Positions 23,187-35,999 of a DNA stretch of 64,000 nt are shown piece by piece (position 1 is the stretch's first letter; each line of letters starts with the position of its first letter). This DNA comes from Candidatus Dormibacter sp. Its GTDB lineage: Bacteria; Chloroflexota; Dormibacteria; Aeolococcales; Aeolococcaceae. The DNA is taken from the NCBI GenBank assembly GCA_039935655.1, contig JBDTJX010000008.1, forward strand, positions 74,174 through 138,173. The letters are read 5' to 3'. Below the pieces are notes generated by a model. That model worked only from the letters and a program-made list of their open reading frames with translations, did no database searches and was not told the origin of the DNA. Both the position numbers and the translations under genes were made by a program.

Positions 23187-23482
23187 CGGCGATTCAACAG
23201 CAGCCGCACGTCAAACGGGTCGCGACGGCGGCGCACCCGGCGGGTGACCTCCGGGCGGACCTGGATCATGTAAGGCTCCTGTTGACGGAGCACCTCCTCG
23301 ATGGCGTCGGCGATGACCATCCCCTCGCGGATGGTGGGCACCCGTTCACTGAGGGCATCGGCCATACCCGCAGTGACGAGGGTCATATCCAGCTCGTGGG
23401 CCTGCTCGAGGATGTTGAGGCAGTCGTCGAGGCGACGCAGCCGGACGCGCCGCTCCTCACCCCCGGTGTCCAACTGGACCAT
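23183..23482 (-). CDS. Hypothetical helical protein coupled to UPF0182
   Basis: 99 aa ORF, 4-nt overlap with UPF0182 start, TACCGT 7 nt upstream of ATG. Confidence 0.7.
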   Translation of the reverse strand: MVQLDTGGEERRVRLRRLDDCLNILEQAHELDMTLVTAGMADALSERVPTIREGMVIADAIEEVLRQQEPYMIQVRPEVTRRVRRRRDPFDVRLLLNRR

Positions 23483-23525
23483 GTCACGCACGGTACTTCA
23501 TGAGCGGCGATAGGGGTAGTCGCGA

Positions 23526-26462
<2,937 letters not shown>

Positions 26463-26480
26463 TCGCCGTTAAGGGTACCC

Positions 26481-26492
26481 GCACATGCGTTC
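26481..26492. promoter_or_regulatory. Candidate LexA (SOS) box upstream of uvrA
   Basis: Minus strand GAAC-GCAT-GTGC, one mismatch to GAAC-N4-GTTC, next to a TACCCT -10-like hexamer. Confidence 0.55.
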
Positions 26493-26521
26493 CGATCGTC
26501 CGCCCCGGGGCCGAGCGTCGG

Positions 26522-27559
26522 TCAGTACAAGAAGTCGTTGTGGACCCGGGCTGCCCACTGCCGGGCGAGGCGTTCGCCGGCAACGTTCCACACGGCCAGC
26601 GCCCGTGCCCTGACCGGCCAGTCCCACACACCGACGTACTCGGTGACGATCTCATTGAAGCCGCTCTTGAAGCGGTGCAGGCCAGCGAAGGGGTGGTCGG
26701 GGGTGTGCTCTGCCGGCCGGGGCACCGCCACCAGGTCGTAGTCCTCGACGCCACGACCGCGCAGCCAGCGCATCACCTCCCACTGGAGGAGGTACGGCGC
26801 CATCAGCTGGGAACTGCGCCGGGTGGAGCCGCCGTCCTTGTACCAACCCCGACGGCCGAGGTGGGCGATGAACGCGCCGGCCAGCACCTCTCCCTCATGC
26901 ACCGCGAAGAAGAAGCGACCCTGGCCGCGCGATCCGAGACGGGTCCAGCAGTCCTCGAAATACTCGGCGCGACGCACCGGGATGCCGTTCCGTGCATTGG
27001 TCTGCACCAGCAACCGGTAGAGCACGCGCGCGTGTGCCGCATCGACGGCCGCGTCGACGACGGTGACGCCGCGTCGCGCGGCGAGGCGGATGTTGTAGCG
27101 GGTCTTCGGCTTGAAGGAGGCCAGCACCGCGTCCTCGTCGGGGCGCAGGTCGACCACGATGGTGGCCCGGTTGCTCTGGATGTCACCCGGTGCCTTGACC
27201 AGGCCGGCGCCTCGCCACGCGCGCAGGTCGGCGCCCACCTGTACCTCAGGCTCCACCTTGACGACAAACGCCCGCGCCGGTGGCTGAGCCCAGGGCACCA
27301 GGTCGGGCAGATCGGCGGCGTCGGTCACGCCGGGACCCTTGGGCGCGTACCAGAGTGTCCCCAACCCAGCCACCTGGCGACAGAGGAAGAGCACCGCGAT
27401 GCGACGCGACGAGCCCTCGTGGACCATGTGCTGCGGCTGCCACCCCCAGCGGGACTTGGCCTCCCCCCAGGCGCGTGTCTGCAGGTAGTTGCCGCCGTCG
27501 GGGTTGCCCACCACCATGTCGTCCCAGACGTCGAGCTCCTCGGCGGTGGCGGCCCTCAA
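26522..27559 (-). CDS. FemABX-family peptidoglycan bridge peptidyltransferase
   Basis: YLQTRAWGEAKSRWGW, YAPKGP, KTRYNIRLAARRG, FKSGF; TTG start overlapping upstream TGA. Confidence 0.88.
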   Translation of the reverse strand: MRAATAEELDVWDDMVVGNPDGGNYLQTRAWGEAKSRWGWQPQHMVHEGSSRRIAVLFLCRQVAGLGTLWYAPKGPGVTDAADLPDLVPWAQPPARAFVVKVEPEVQVGADLRAWRGAGLVKAPGDIQSNRATIVVDLRPDEDAVLASFKPKTRYNIRLAARRGVTVVDAAVDAAHARVLYRLLVQTNARNGIPVRRAEYFEDCWTRLGSRGQGRFFFAVHEGEVLAGAFIAHLGRRGWYKDGGSTRRSSQLMAPYLLQWEVMRWLRGRGVEDYDLVAVPRPAEHTPDHPFAGLHRFKSGFNEIVTEYVGVWDWPVRARALAVWNVAGERLARQWAARVHNDFLY

Positions 27560-28512
27560 CGGCGCAGCGCCTGGGCAACGGTGAAAAGGCGGGCGCTGAC
27601 CGGGCGAACCGTCACCTCCCACGTGCCGCCACGGGTGTGAAGCTCACCGCCGAAGCCGCGCTTGAACTCGGTGATCCCGGCCCATTTGTGGTCGGGTTGA
27701 TCCGGGGGTGCCACCCCCCAGAAGTCGAACCAGCGCATGCCGTTGCTGCGCCCGTCGAGGATGGCGCGCCAGACCAGCGGGGGCGCCGGCATCAGGGAGC
27801 GCCGCTGCGTATCGCTGGCGGCGAAGGCGTAGTACCGCGTCTGTGCGAAGTCGAAGAGCAGCGCGCCGGCGACCCGCTGCCCGTCGACAGTGGCGTAATA
27901 CAGCGACGCCTCTCCGGTTGGCAGGAGCTCCTGGGCGATGGCGTGGTAATAGCCGTCGTCGTGCGAATAGAAACCCGCGCGCGTTTCCGTCTGCCGGAGC
28001 AGCGCTATGAAGTCAGCGATGTCGGCGGCGTCGTGCACCTGCTCGATCGACAGCCCGCGCTTCTCGGCTGTGTTGATGCGCGACCGGTGGCCGCTGTTGA
28101 GGCCGCGGCGCAGGTCGGCGTCGTCGACGTCGATGCGCAGCACCAGCGTGTGCTGGTGCTGACGTGAGCGCACCCTGCGGGCCTTGAGCATGCTCAGCTG
28201 GGACGGTGTCGCGGCGTCCGGCTCCAGCCTGATGAACGCACAGCCAAGGTCATCCGCCTGGGCGCGGGCCGCGCCCATCGCCTCGGGCAACCGTGCCGCG
28301 TCGTCGAGCGTCGGGCCGAACGGCAGGTAGAGGTAGCGGAATGGTCCCACCCTGCGGATGACGCCCATCCAGCACCAGCCGGGACCCTCCGCGAAGGTGA
28401 CCTCGTAGTGGAGGCGGGCCTGGACGCGTGCCCACGCGGCACTCTGGAGGAAGTGACCGCCCAGCGCCGTGACGCGCTCATCCCAGCCGTCGGGGATCGG
28501 CACAGATGTCAC
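27556..28512 (-). CDS. FemABX-family peptidyltransferase, second paralogue
   Basis: FLQSAAW, YLPFGP, FDFWGV, FKRGFGG. Confidence 0.88.
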   Translation of the reverse strand: MTSVPIPDGWDERVTALGGHFLQSAAWARVQARLHYEVTFAEGPGWCWMGVIRRVGPFRYLYLPFGPTLDDAARLPEAMGAARAQADDLGCAFIRLEPDAATPSQLSMLKARRVRSRQHQHTLVLRIDVDDADLRRGLNSGHRSRINTAEKRGLSIEQVHDAADIADFIALLRQTETRAGFYSHDDGYYHAIAQELLPTGEASLYYATVDGQRVAGALLFDFAQTRYYAFAASDTQRRSLMPAPPLVWRAILDGRSNGMRWFDFWGVAPPDQPDHKWAGITEFKRGFGGELHTRGGTWEVTVRPVSARLFTVAQALRR

Positions 28513-28549
28513 GGCCGAGCAACCTAGCACAGCGCGCGCGCTGCGCCGG

Positions 28550-31075
28550 TTACTCGGCGGGTGGCGTACCCGCCGCGGCGGCCTCCGCCTTCTCCACCTT
28601 CTCCTTGCGCTCGCGCTTCTCTTTGCTCTTGGGCATCAGGTTCATGGTCACCTCGCCGTCGGCGAGGTCAACGATGACGGTGTCGCCGGGACCATGCTTG
28701 AGGCGCAACAACTCCTCCGACAGCGGGTCCTCGATGACGCGCTGGATGACGCGGCGCAAGGGGCGGGCGCCATACACCTTGTCGAACCCTTCGTCAACGA
28801 TCTTGTCCTTGGCGGCGTCGGTGACGCTGAAGTTGAGCTCCTGCGCGGCCAGGTGCACCGCCACCTTGGCGAGCATCAGGTCGACGATGTTGCGCATCTG
28901 GGCCATGTCGAGGCGGTGGAACACCACGACCGCGTCGACGCGGTTGAGGAACTCGGGACGGAACGCCCGCTTCAGCTCCTCCATGATCTGGTCGCGCATC
29001 TTGCCGTGCTCGGATGAGGCATTCCGCTCGTCGGGGATCGACGGCTGGAAGCCCATCGACAGGTTGGCCTTGAGGTTGGAGATGCCGATGTTGCTGGTCA
29101 TGATCACGATGCAGTTCGAGAAGTTGACCGCCTTGCCCTTGGCGTCGGACAGTCGCCCGTCCTCGAGGATCTGCAACAGCATGTTGAAGACCTCGGGATG
29201 TGCCTTCTCGATCTCGTCGAAAAGGACCACGCTGTACGGCCGGCGCCGCACCGCCTCGGTGAGCTGACCGCCGTCGTCATAGCCGACGTACCCGGGCGGG
29301 GACCCGACCAGGCGAGCGGTCGAGTGACGCTCCATGAACTCGCTCATGTCCAGGCGGATGATCGCGTCCTCGTTGTCGAACAGGAACGAGGCCAGCGACC
29401 GCGCCAGCTCCGTCTTGCCGACACCGGTGGGGCCGAGGAACATGAACGAGCCGATCGGTCGCTTGGCGTCCTTGAGACCGGCGCGGGCCCGGCGCACCGC
29501 CTGGGAGATCACCTTGACAGCGTCGTCCTGGCCGATGAGCCGCTTGTGGATCTCCTCCTCCATGCGCAGCAGGCGTGAGGTCTCCTCCTCCACGAGCCGC
29601 GACACGGGCACGCCCGTCCACGAGCTGATGATCTCGGCGATGTGCTCCTCGTTGACCTCGGGCACTGTCGCACCGAGCTCGTCGCGCCATTGCATCTCCA
29701 GCGAGACGTACTTCTCCTTGAGCTTCTTCTCCTTGTCACGGAAGCTCGCGGCGGTCTCGTAGTCCTGCCCGGCGATCGCCTCCTCTTTCTGCGCCTGGAG
29801 CTCACGGATCTCCTTCTGCATCTCGCGGAGGTTGTCAGGCGTGGTGGTGAGCTTCATGCGCACCCGCGCGCTCGCCTCATCGATGAGGTCGATTGCCTTG
29901 TCCGGCAGCGACCGGTCGGTGACGTACCGCACGCTCAGCTCGGCCGCGGCCTTGAGCGCGTCGTCGGTGATCTGCACGCGGTGGTGCTTGTCGTACAGCG
30001 GCCTGATACCGTGCAGGATCTCGATCGTCTCCTGCAGGCTCGGCTCGTCGACGAACACCGGTTGGAAGCGCCGCTCGAGCGCCGCATCCTTCTCGATGTA
30101 CTTGCGGTATTCGTTGAGCGTGGTGGCGCCGATGCACTGGATCTCGCCACGTGCGAGCGCAGGCTTCAGGATGTTGGCGGCATCGATGGCGCCCTCGGCG
30201 GCGCCGGCGCCGACCAGGGTGTGCAACTCGTCGATGAACAGCACCACCTCGCGGGACTGACGGATCTCGTCGAGGATCTTCTTGAGGCGCTCCTCGAACT
30301 CACCGCGATACTTGGTGCCGGCGACGAGCGCACCCATGTCGAGGGTGAGAACGCGCTTGCCCATCAACGACTCCGGGATGTTGCCGAGGATGATCGCCTG
30401 CGCAAGTCCCTCGGCGATCGCCGTCTTGCCGACGCCGGGCTCGCCGATCAGGGCCGGGTTGTTCTTGGTGCGCCGGCTGAGGATCTGCACGACGCGCTCG
30501 ATCTCCATGGCGCGGCCGATCACCGGGTCGAGCGCGTTCTTCAGCGCCAGCTCGGTGAGGTCGCGGCAGAACTGGTCGAGCAGCGGCGTCTTGCTCGGCT
30601 TCTTCTGCGCCTCCTTGGCCTCTTCCTCGAGCCCGGACTCGTGCAGGAGACGGTCGATCTCGCCGCGCACCTTCTCGAGGTTGGCGCCCAGATCCTCGAG
30701 CACGTGGGCGGCAATGCCCTCACCCTCGATGAGCAGGCCGAGCAGCAGATGCTCGGTGCCGACGTAGTTGTTGCCCATACGGCGCGCCTCCTCGAAGGAG
30801 ATCTCGATCACCTTCTTGACGCGCGATGTCGGAATGATCTGCTGGATGATGATCCGCTCGTTGCGACCGAGAACCGACTCGATTGTCGAGCGAACCTTGT
30901 TGATCTCGACGCCGAGGTTGTTGAGAACCTTGGCGGCGAGACCCTCGCCCTCGCGAAGCAGGCCGAGAAGAAGATGCTCGGTCCCGATGTACGAGTGATG
31001 CGAGCGTTCGGCCTCCTCCTGCGCCAGGGTGAGGACCTTCTTGGCTCTCTCGGTGAACCGCTCAAATGGGTACAA
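28550..31075 (-). CDS. clpC: ATP-dependent Clp protease ATPase ClpC
   Basis: Clp_N repeats (HLLLGLL x2), [11 protein letters not shown] coiled coil, [11 protein letters not shown] loop; TTG start with GGAGG upstream. Confidence 0.96.
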   Translation of the reverse strand: MYPFERFTERAKKVLTLAQEEAERSHHSYIGTEHLLLGLLREGEGLAAKVLNNLGVEINKVRSTIESVLGRNERIIIQQIIPTSRVKKVIEISFEEARRMGNNYVGTEHLLLGLLIEGEGIAAHVLEDLGANLEKVRGEIDRLLHESGLEEEAKEAQKKPSKTPLLDQFCRDLTELALKNALDPVIGRAMEIERVVQILSRRTKNNPALIGEPGVGKTAIAEGLAQAIILGNIPESLMGKRVLTLDMGALVAGTKYRGEFEERLKKILDEIRQSREVVLFIDELHTLVGAGAAEGAIDAANILKPALARGEIQCIGATTLNEYRKYIEKDAALERRFQPVFVDEPSLQETIEILHGIRPLYDKHHRVQITDDALKAAAELSVRYVTDRSLPDKAIDLIDEASARVRMKLTTTPDNLREMQKEIRELQAQKEEAIAGQDYETAASFRDKEKKLKEKYVSLEMQWRDELGATVPEVNEEHIAEIISSWTGVPVSRLVEEETSRLLRMEEEIHKRLIGQDDAVKVISQAVRRARAGLKDAKRPIGSFMFLGPTGVGKTELARSLASFLFDNEDAIIRLDMSEFMERHSTARLVGSPPGYVGYDDGGQLTEAVRRRPYSVVLFDEIEKAHPEVFNMLLQILEDGRLSDAKGKAVNFSNCIVIMTSNIGISNLKANLSMGFQPSIPDERNASSEHGKMRDQIMEELKRAFRPEFLNRVDAVVVFHRLDMAQMRNIVDLMLAKVAVHLAAQELNFSVTDAAKDKIVDEGFDKVYGARPLRRVIQRVIEDPLSEELLRLKHGPGDTVIVDLADGEVTMNLMPKSKEKRERKEKVEKAEAAAAGTPPAE

Positions 31076-31226
31076 AGTGGTTGCTGCCTCCGTGCCCGAG
31101 CCGGCCCCCCCTGTGGTTGGTGGGGGTCAGCGACGGGCGACCTGTGAATCCTTCCCCATTATGCCCACCCCACTCCGAGTTCACGCGTTCCCGCGAACAT
31201 GAGGTGACAAGAAGAATTCGCGGAGG

Positions 31227-32543
31227 TTACGCCGGCTCCGGCTGTGCGGCGGTGGCGGACTCGTCGACGGCGTCGACGGCAGGCGCGTTTGCGACGCTGT
31301 CGTCATCCGCGACGACTGCCTCGACGACCTCAGCATCCGCCGTCCCGCTGCCCCTCGGGGCGGGCGTGGCGGCCTTATCCTCGTCGTCATCGTCGTCAGG
31401 AAACTGGTATGCGGGCGGCTCGTAGGTGCTGCCCGCACCCTCGCCCTCGTCCGTCGGGCCGCCGCCATGCAGTTGGCGCAGGGAGAGGCTGATGCGGCGG
31501 CGCACCTTGTCGGCGCTGAGCACCATGACCTCGACCACCTCGCCCACCTTGAGGACGTCCTCGGTGCGCTCGACGTGGTCCCACGACAGCTCACTGATGT
31601 GCAGCAGACCCTCGACACCGTCGGCGATCTGCAGGAACGCACCGTACTTCTTGGTCTTGGTGACCTCGCCGGTGACGGCCTTGCCGGCCGGGAAGCGATC
31701 CTCGATGGTGTCCCATGGGTCGTCGCTCATCTGACGGAGAGACAGGCTGATGCGGGACAGCTCAGGGTCGAGCTTGATCACCTTGACGCGCACCTCGTCA
31801 CCGACATTGAGCATGTCGCTGACGTTGTTGATGCGATCCCAGGACAACTCGCTGATGTGGATGAGGCCGTCCGCGCCACCGAGGTTGACGAAGGCCCCAT
31901 AGGAGGTGAGCCCGCTCACCTTGCCCGTGACCACGTCGCCGATCTGGAGCTTCTCGAAGAGCTCTTCGCGCTGGCGAGCGCGATCCTCATCCTGGGCGGC
32001 ACGCTGCGAGACGATGAGGCGGTTGCGCTTGCGATTGACCTCGAGGATCTTGACCGGGATCTTGGTGCCGACAAGTTCCATGAGGTTGCCGCTGAACTGC
32101 CGGGCCACCTGGCTGCTGGGCAGGAACCCGCGCAGGCCCATGATGTTGACGATCAGGCCGCCCTTGTTCTGCTCACGCACCTCGGCGTCGAGGATCTCGC
32201 CCTCGGACTCCTTCTGGGCGACGGCCTGCCAGATGCCTTCGGCGCGGGCCTTGCGCAGGGAGAGGACGACGTTGCCATCCTCGTTCTCGGGCTGGACGAC
32301 GTAAACCTTGACGTCGTCCCCCGGGTTGAGCACCACAGATGCCTCGCCGCGCGCGCTCAGCTCACGGTTGGAGATGACCCCCTCGGACTTGGCGCCGATG
32401 TCGACCAGCACCTCGTCAGGATCGACGCGCACCACCGTGCCGTCGACGATGTCACCGTGGGCCAGCGCCCGGATGACGTGCTCCTCCTCGGCGAGGAGCT
32501 GCTCCATGGTGATCTCTTCGTCAGGTACCAGGGTCAAGGCCAC
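31227..32543 (-). CDS. rpsA: 30S ribosomal protein S1 (4 S1 domains plus acidic tail)
   Basis: DIGAKSEG, GFLPSSQ, DGLIHISELSW, EGLLHISELSW; AAAGGAG before GTG 32543. Confidence 0.92.
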   Translation of the reverse strand: MALTLVPDEEITMEQLLAEEEHVIRALAHGDIVDGTVVRVDPDEVLVDIGAKSEGVISNRELSARGEASVVLNPGDDVKVYVVQPENEDGNVVLSLRKARAEGIWQAVAQKESEGEILDAEVREQNKGGLIVNIMGLRGFLPSSQVARQFSGNLMELVGTKIPVKILEVNRKRNRLIVSQRAAQDEDRARQREELFEKLQIGDVVTGKVSGLTSYGAFVNLGGADGLIHISELSWDRINNVSDMLNVGDEVRVKVIKLDPELSRISLSLRQMSDDPWDTIEDRFPAGKAVTGEVTKTKKYGAFLQIADGVEGLLHISELSWDHVERTEDVLKVGEVVEVMVLSADKVRRRISLSLRQLHGGGPTDEGEGAGSTYEPPAYQFPDDDDDEDKAATPAPRGSGTADAEVVEAVVADDDSVANAPAVDAVDESATAAQPEPA

Positions 32544-32832
32544 GCTTCTCCTTTGACTTTCCCAATGGCACCGCAGCGGGGACACGGCGGCGACGGATCG
32601 CCGGGGTCACCTGCGGGTCGAGCGGGCCGTTGGAGCGCTGCGGGCGGGGCCCGCGGAACTTTCGCTGTGGTGGCTCAAGAACGGACGCGCGCGCGACCGT
32701 GCCGATTGCGAACCTTCGGAGTGTAGCGGACACGCCAATCCGAGGATGTCGGCGTTCTGTTGCCGCGCGGTATCCGGCTGGCGACTGTCAGACGTGTGGT
32801 CCGTCGCCTGCGGGTGCCACGCTGCCAAAGCA

Positions 32833-33042
32833 ATGCGAGTGACCATCACCTGTGAAGACTGCGGCGAACGTCACCGGCTCGAGCGACACGTCACCGAGCC
32901 CGGCCCCATCTGGATCGTGTGCCATTCATGCGAGCTCCCGCTCCAGGCGGTGCTTGATGGACCGGCTCCGACGCCGAACAAGACGCACAGCATCTGGGCC
33001 GACATCGTCGACCTCGGCACCGGGGTCCGCAACAGCGCATAG
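32833..33042 (+). CDS. Small zinc-ribbon-like protein
   Basis: 69 aa, CEDC...CHSC. Confidence 0.6.
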   Translation: MRVTITCEDCGERHRLERHVTEPGPIWIVCHSCELPLQAVLDGPAPTPNKTHSIWADIVDLGTGVRNSA

Positions 33043-33136
33043 CCGGCTCGGCCTGAGAGTGTCATCACCGGGCAGCAACCCCACCGGCTGGTAGCATCGG
33101 GCGCTCCATGCACTCGACCCGCTCCCGGCTGTCGAT

Positions 33137-34012
33137 GTGAGCAGCCGGCGCGTGGCCCTCGTCGTCGACACCGGCGCCGCACTCGGGGAGCGCATTGACG
33201 CCGGCCTTGCCGTGGTCCCGTACCACGTGGCAGTCGGCGGCGCGACCCTCGCCGACGGTGAGGATGCCCAGCTGTATGTGCGGCTGCGGCGTGGCGAGCG
33301 AGCCAGCACGTCGACGCCGAGCCCCGGCGAATACCTCGCAGCCGTCGAACGTGTCGCCGCCGGTGTGGACTCGGTTGTCTGCCTGACGATTCCCGCACGA
33401 TGGAGCGGGACGCACGGGAGCGCCACGGTGGCGGCGGGGCTGTTTGCCGACGGGCGCGCCACGCCCACGGTCACCGTCGTTGAGACCTCCACCGCGGCGG
33501 CGGGGTACGCGCTGGTCGCCCGTCTCGCCTGGGCGCTGTCATCGGCCGGCGCGGGCGAGGACGCCCTGCTGGAGCGGGTGCGACAGGCCTGCGCCGCGGT
33601 GCGCATGTTCGGAGCCCTGGCCACGCTCGAATTCGTGGCGCGCAGCGGGCGCGTCCCTGCGCTGGTGGCGGGGGTCTCCGACGCTCTCCACGTGCGTCCA
33701 GTGTTCGAGATGCACGGTGGAGACACCAGCCGCGTCGCGCTGGCACGCACCGACAGCGGCGTGCTGCGGGCGCTCGAGAGAGTTGCCCGCGAGCGCCTCG
33801 CGCCCGGGATCGAGCACCGGCTGATCCTGTTCCACGCTGACGCCCGCGCGGCGGTGAGGCAGCTGCGCGACCGCATCGTCGAGGTGGTGGCGGTGGACCA
33901 TGACGAGACCGTGGCGCTGGCGCCGGTGATCGGCGTACATATCGGCCCGGGGGCCTTCGGGTTCGCCGCGCTGCCTGTCCAGGCCGACGATCCACCCCCG
34001 CCCGCGGCATGA
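33137..34012 (+). CDS. DegV/FakB family fatty-acid-binding protein
   Basis: VALVVDT, STSTPSPGEY, SGT, GR, IGVHIGPG. Confidence 0.9.
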   Translation: MSSRRVALVVDTGAALGERIDAGLAVVPYHVAVGGATLADGEDAQLYVRLRRGERASTSTPSPGEYLAAVERVAAGVDSVVCLTIPARWSGTHGSATVAAGLFADGRATPTVTVVETSTAAAGYALVARLAWALSSAGAGEDALLERVRQACAAVRMFGALATLEFVARSGRVPALVAGVSDALHVRPVFEMHGGDTSRVALARTDSGVLRALERVARERLAPGIEHRLILFHADARAAVRQLRDRIVEVVAVDHDETVALAPVIGVHIGPGAFGFAALPVQADDPPPPAA

Positions 34013-34683
34013 GGCAGCCCGCCGTTGCCGTCGAGGTCGTCGTGTTGGCAGGTGCCTACCTGCTGGGCTCGGTCCCGGTCGCGTGGCTGCTCGGCCGGTG
34101 GCGTGGCGGGCTCGACCTCCGCGACGTCGGGTCCGGCAACCCCGGGACCAGCAACCTGTTTCGCAACTCCGGCCGGCGGCTCGCCGTGATCTCCGGCCCG
34201 ATCCAGTTCGCTCAGGGGCTCATCCCCGTGCTGGTCGCCCGCGCCGTGGGGGGCGAGGGCGCGTTCCTCGATCTCGCCGCCGTCTGTGCGGTGGCAGGCA
34301 ACGGCTGGCCGGTCTGGTTGCGGTTCCACGGCCAGCGCGGCATCGCCGTGGCCACCGGGGCGGTGGCTGCGATCAATCCCATTCTCCTGGCAGTGCTCCT
34401 GGTGTGCTTCGCCGTGGGCGCCCTGACCCACACCATCGCGATCGGGGTGCTGGCCGGGTTCTCGGTGCTGCCCATGGCCGCGGCCTGGATTGGTGGACGG
34501 GACCTGGCGATCACCTGCGCCGCCCTGCTCGCGGCAGTGGTTCTGCGCCGCCTCGACGGCCTGAGGACAGACATGCGCAGGGCGGCGTCCGACGATGAAC
34601 GCCGGGTGCTGCTCCGACGGCTGTTCCTCGACGAGCGACCCGGCCAGGTGCTGGTCGGGCCGCGGCCTGGGGAGAGCGCGTAG
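34009..34683 (+). CDS. PlsY-like acyltransferase with divergent active-site motifs
   Basis: AYLLGSVP, DLRDVGSGNPGTSN, WPVWLRFHGQRG; ATGA overlap with degV. Confidence 0.8.
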   Translation: MRQPAVAVEVVVLAGAYLLGSVPVAWLLGRWRGGLDLRDVGSGNPGTSNLFRNSGRRLAVISGPIQFAQGLIPVLVARAVGGEGAFLDLAAVCAVAGNGWPVWLRFHGQRGIAVATGAVAAINPILLAVLLVCFAVGALTHTIAIGVLAGFSVLPMAAAWIGGRDLAITCAALLAAVVLRRLDGLRTDMRRAASDDERRVLLRRLFLDERPGQVLVGPRPGESA

Positions 34684-34819
34684 GGTGGATCGCCCGCATC
34701 CCGACATCGGTCAGATCGGTCCTGCGTCGGCGGCGGGGCTCCTACACTGCCCTCGTGGTGGCGGCAGGCGGGCTCCCGTTCGGCGTGGCCACGGCGGCCG
34801 CCGCGCGTGACGGCCGCCG

Positions 34820-35995
34820 ATGACTGCTGAGGGCGAGCCGTTGCGGGTCGCCTTCTTCGGCCACGCGGAAGGCCGGCGCATCGACGGGCTCTCCACCTAC
34901 AGCCGCGAGTTGGTGCGCTCGCTCTGCGCCCGCGGGGCCACGGTGCGTTTCTTCGCCCATCGCGGGGACGGCGACGAGGCGCCGGTCGACGGCCGCGACG
35001 CCGTGTGGCTGCGGGCGGTGCATTTCAAGACCGTGACCATCCCGACGCCGGGGACCATGGCCACCGTCCGGGCGGCGCTCGAGGAGTTCCGCCCCAACAT
35101 CGTGCACATCTCCTGGAGCTTCTCGCTGTTCGATGGAGCCATCGCTCGCGCCGCGCATCGCGTGGGTGCGGCCTGCGTTGCGACGTTCCATCTCCCCCAT
35201 GGCCCGGAGGGGACCGCGCGCGGCAGGGTCATGCAGGGTCTGTATCGCTACCACCGCTGGCACATGGGACATGTCGACCGCTGCATCGCCTTGAGCCAGG
35301 ACCAGCGCGACCTCCTGGTCAGCGCCGGGTTCCCGGGCAGCCGGGTCATGGTCGTCGCCAACGGCGTCGACACCGACGTGATCAGCCCGGGTCCATCGTC
35401 CCTCCGCCAGGAGCTTGGCGCGCGCTTCGTCGTTCTGTACCTCGGCAGGCTCGACCCTGAGAAGCGCGTGCCCGCACTGGTGGACAGCTTCCTCTCGCTC
35501 GGGCTCCCCGCCGACCACGTCCTCTGCCTGGCCGGCGACGGGATCCAACGCCATCGTTTGCGCAGGCGCGCCGCCGAGCACCCCAACATCCGCATGCTCG
35601 GGCTTGTATCCAAGTCCCGCAAGCTCGAGCTGTTGCGCGGCTGCGACGTGTTCGTGCTGCCGTCCACCGCCGAGGGGCTGGCGCTGTCCCTGCTGGAGGC
35701 GATGGCCGCGGGTTGCGCCATCGTCGCGACGGACGCCGGTGAGGACGGCAGCGCGCTCCGCGATGCCGGGCTGGTGATCCCGACGAACCCGCTGCAACCG
35801 GCGCTGGACGACGCTCTGCGGAAGCTGATCTCCGACCCCGCGTTACGCGCGCGTCTCGGCGAGGCGGCGAGGGCCCGAGCGGTGAGCAGCTTCGCCGGTG
35901 CGGGCAGCGCGGACCGCGTCCTCGGTGTGTACGCCGACGCAGCCCGGTCGGCCGGCGCGGCTCGGGGCACGCCGGCAGGCGCCACGCTACCCTAG
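34820..35995 (+). CDS. GT4 family glycosyltransferase
   Basis: NGVDT, YLGRLDPEK, FVLPSTAEGLALSLLEAMAAG (Ex7E). Confidence 0.92.
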   Translation: MTAEGEPLRVAFFGHAEGRRIDGLSTYSRELVRSLCARGATVRFFAHRGDGDEAPVDGRDAVWLRAVHFKTVTIPTPGTMATVRAALEEFRPNIVHISWSFSLFDGAIARAAHRVGAACVATFHLPHGPEGTARGRVMQGLYRYHRWHMGHVDRCIALSQDQRDLLVSAGFPGSRVMVVANGVDTDVISPGPSSLRQELGARFVVLYLGRLDPEKRVPALVDSFLSLGLPADHVLCLAGDGIQRHRLRRRAAEHPNIRMLGLVSKSRKLELLRGCDVFVLPSTAEGLALSLLEAMAAGCAIVATDAGEDGSALRDAGLVIPTNPLQPALDDALRKLISDPALRARLGEAARARAVSSFAGAGSADRVLGVYADAARSAGAARGTPAGATLP

Positions 35996-35999
35996 GCGG

